A stretch of 44,787 bases of DNA, taken from a virus. Lineage: Duplodnaviria > Caudoviricetes. The notes under the pieces were generated by a model, which saw only the letters and a list, made by a program, of their open reading frames with translations, ran no database searches and was not told where the DNA came from. Positions 43,151 to 44,787 of this stretch are shown here, piece after piece. The translations under genes and the position numbers were made by a program. The stretch covers positions 1-44,787 of IMG/VR virus record IMGVR_UViG_3300037524_000256. The stretch is one strand, 5' to 3'. Numbering within the stretch: the stretch's first letter is position 1; each line of letters starts with the position of its first letter.

Positions 43151-43780
43151 CCTCTGCTGCCGATAAGCCGCGTCTATTCTTTCGCAGGCAATTTGGAAAT
43201 AACGCTCCTCTATCTCAATGCCGATGAACTTGCGGCCGAGGTTCGCGCAGGCCACGCCAGTTGTTCCGCTGCCCATGAAGGGATCGAGGATCGTTCCGAT
43301 GGGCATCTTGGAAACGCGCCACTCCATCACCGGCACTGGCTTCTGAGTAGGGTGGTGTCCTCCGTCTTTGATAGCTAAAGAGCGAGGGAAATGAATCCGT
43401 CTTGCAGCTTTCCACTCTGACCACCACGCCATCTCAACGTCAGCGAGGGAAAAGTCAGTCTGCCCCTTGTCCCAAATCATCCATCCCATGCTTGGGGGCA
43501 ACACGTCCGTGTAATAGTTGCCGCCCCATACGACCGCCGGTACGCCCATCGTCGTAACGCGGCGAATCGGCTCCACCTGCCTGCAGGAGTCCCAGCCTAT
43601 CTCCGGCCCGTAGTGCCGCCATCCGTTCGGGTCATCCGGCGGTTTCGAGTTATGTTTATCGGCACGAATCCCATACGGCGGGGCCGTCACCACGGCGTCC
43701 ACCTTCGGCAGCGTCGGCAGGATTTCCAGGCAGTCGCCGTGGTAAAGCGTGGCGTCCCCGATCTGTACGCACTCGGTCAT
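43094..43780 (-). CDS. DNA methyltransferase allele B (APPY instead of DPPY)
   Basis: Homologous to 1-664; HPTQKP, DPFMGSGTTG. Confidence 0.88.
   Translation of the reverse strand: MTECVQIGDATLYHGDCLEILPTLPKVDAVVTAPPYGIRADKHNSKPPDDPNGWRHYGPEIGWDSCRQVEPIRRVTTMGVPAVVWGGNYYTDVLPPSMGWMIWDKGQTDFSLADVEMAWWSEWKAARRIHFPRSLAIKDGGHHPTQKPVPVMEWRVSKMPIGTILDPFMGSGTTGVACANLGRKFIGIEIEERYFQIACERIDAAYRQQRLFSDEPVTRPEASGFPGM
43111..43237. repeat. 127-bp direct repeat, copy 2
   Basis: Identical to 1-127. Confidence 0.95.
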
Positions 43781-44304
43781 AGCGGCATCCTCTTGGAATC
43801 CGCCAGCGGGCCGACTACGGAGAGCAGTTCCGATCTTTTCCGTTCGCTTTTTGAAATCGTCCGGGGCGCTCTTTCAGAAGAAGATGTAGCTAAAGCTACC
43901 TCGGAAGAAGAACGGAGCCTCTTCTCTGTCTCTCCCTCTGTCTCTGTCTCTGCCTCTGAGGTGCAAGTTGCTAGCACCTTGCTAGCAGACTGCTTGCCGT
44001 TGACCGTTTGCTCTTGAATCTCAAGGAAATTCGTCGCCTTCAGGTGTTCAACAGCAGCCGTGAACTCGGCCTCGGAAATGTCGAGGCTGGCGACCTTTCG
44101 GAACAGGGTGAAATTGAGCGGTGTTGCATTGTGGTAGCGAGCCGCTAGCAACATGCTAGCAACCTGCACCAGCCTGCTCGCGTCGGTGCCCATGACCCAA
44201 GATTCCGACGAGAGCAAGTCTCGGTAGAGCTTGATCCACGGCGGGTCACGGTCTTTGTAGTGCTGGAACTTCTCCCAACCCCGGATGACCAGCACTTGCG
44301 TCAT
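43777..44304 (-). CDS. Phage replication initiator, allele B (no visible similarity to allele A)
   Basis: WEKFQHYKDRDPPWIKLYR N-terminus; TTGCTAGCA repeats at 43968-43987 and ETETE tract; same position upstream of methylase. Confidence 0.7.
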   Translation of the reverse strand: MTQVLVIRGWEKFQHYKDRDPPWIKLYRDLLSSESWVMGTDASRLVQVASMLLAARYHNATPLNFTLFRKVASLDISEAEFTAAVEHLKATNFLEIQEQTVNGKQSASKVLATCTSEAETETEGETEKRLRSSSEVALATSSSERAPRTISKSERKRSELLSVVGPLADSKRMPL

Positions 44305-44787
44305 ACGGCTACCGCCCTTGAGTTGCGCTGCTGTTTAGCTGGGCGATTCAGTGCATCGCTAATGTTCCACCCGTTCTCTATTCGCTTTTGAAGCGTGCAG
44401 TACGGGAGGCGCATCCGATCCGCCCAATCGGCAAGCGACATGGCTGCGCCGTTATAAGCAATGACGCGGCTGCTAACCCGGTTTCGCGCTTGGGTCTTGC
44501 TTGACTGCCATTCGCAGTTCTCCTTGCAGTACGGGCCATCGTTATCAATTCTTCCGAGCGTTGTGCCAATTGGGCGCTCACCCATGTCGGCTCGGAAATT
44601 CTCGTAGGTGCGCCAGTCATCGCAAACCGTGATCCCGCGACCCCCGTATCGGTCGTAGGATTTGTGCGCCTTCAGTTCACAGCGCTCCAACATAGATTTC
44701 CACGATCTCCACGTTGGACAATCCGTGTCCCCGTGGCGTGTTCTCGCATCTGAAATAATTTGCCGCGTCCTGCATCCACACGACTTT
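44301..44787 (-). CDS. HNH homing endonuclease (5'-truncated by window)
   Basis: Frame open to edge: KSCGC...HG...TWRSWKSMLERC...YGGRGITVC..W...F..DMG..P...RIDND..Y...NC.W. Confidence 0.85.
   Translation of the reverse strand, partial: KSCGCRTRQIISDARTRHGDTDCPTWRSWKSMLERCELKAHKSYDRYGGRGITVCDDWRTYENFRADMGERPIGTTLGRIDNDGPYCKENCEWQSSKTQARNRVSSRVIAYNGAAMSLADWADRMRLPYCTLQKRIENGWNISDALNRPAKQQRNSRAVAV

Noticed and set aside
1-44787. tRNA, rRNA, reverse transcriptase/DGR, integrase, RNA or DNA polymerase genes
   Set aside because: No recognisable motifs by eye; tRNAscan-SE and HMM searches would be needed to exclude them formally

Overview
This window is essentially one complete dsDNA tailed-phage genome of about 43.1 kb (GC-rich, podovirus-type, Gram-negative host inferred from the spanins) plus a ~1.55-kb alternative-allele tail. 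Bases 1-127 are identical to 43111-43237 and diverge at the next base, so 1-43110 probably circularises and 43238-44787 is a second version of the methylase/replication module. The layout is lambdoid. Divergent promoters at ~1830-1900 drive a rightward early arm (ERF recombinase, small accessory genes) and a leftward arm (Cro-like HTH, replication initiator with internal iterons, DNA methylase, nuclease, Q-like regulator, pR'/tR'-like signals). A long minus-strand late operon follows: Fn3/beta-helix/collagen fibre genes, TerS/TerL, portal, scaffold, major capsid, P22-like tail and ejection proteins, tailspike and lysis genes. No integrase or CI was recognised. The standout feature is a glycan-modification cassette between the major capsid gene and the head-tail adaptor (GT29/Maf-like, TPR-GT FlmG-like, SAM methyltransferase, radical SAM/SPASM, CDI/GT8-like), a candidate virion-glycosylation system. 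Also notable are several antisense, apparently leaderless micro-genes absent from the ORF track, an HNH cassette that appears to have replaced the methylase 3' end, and a putative sRNA. All family calls come from motif recognition by eye, not database searches.
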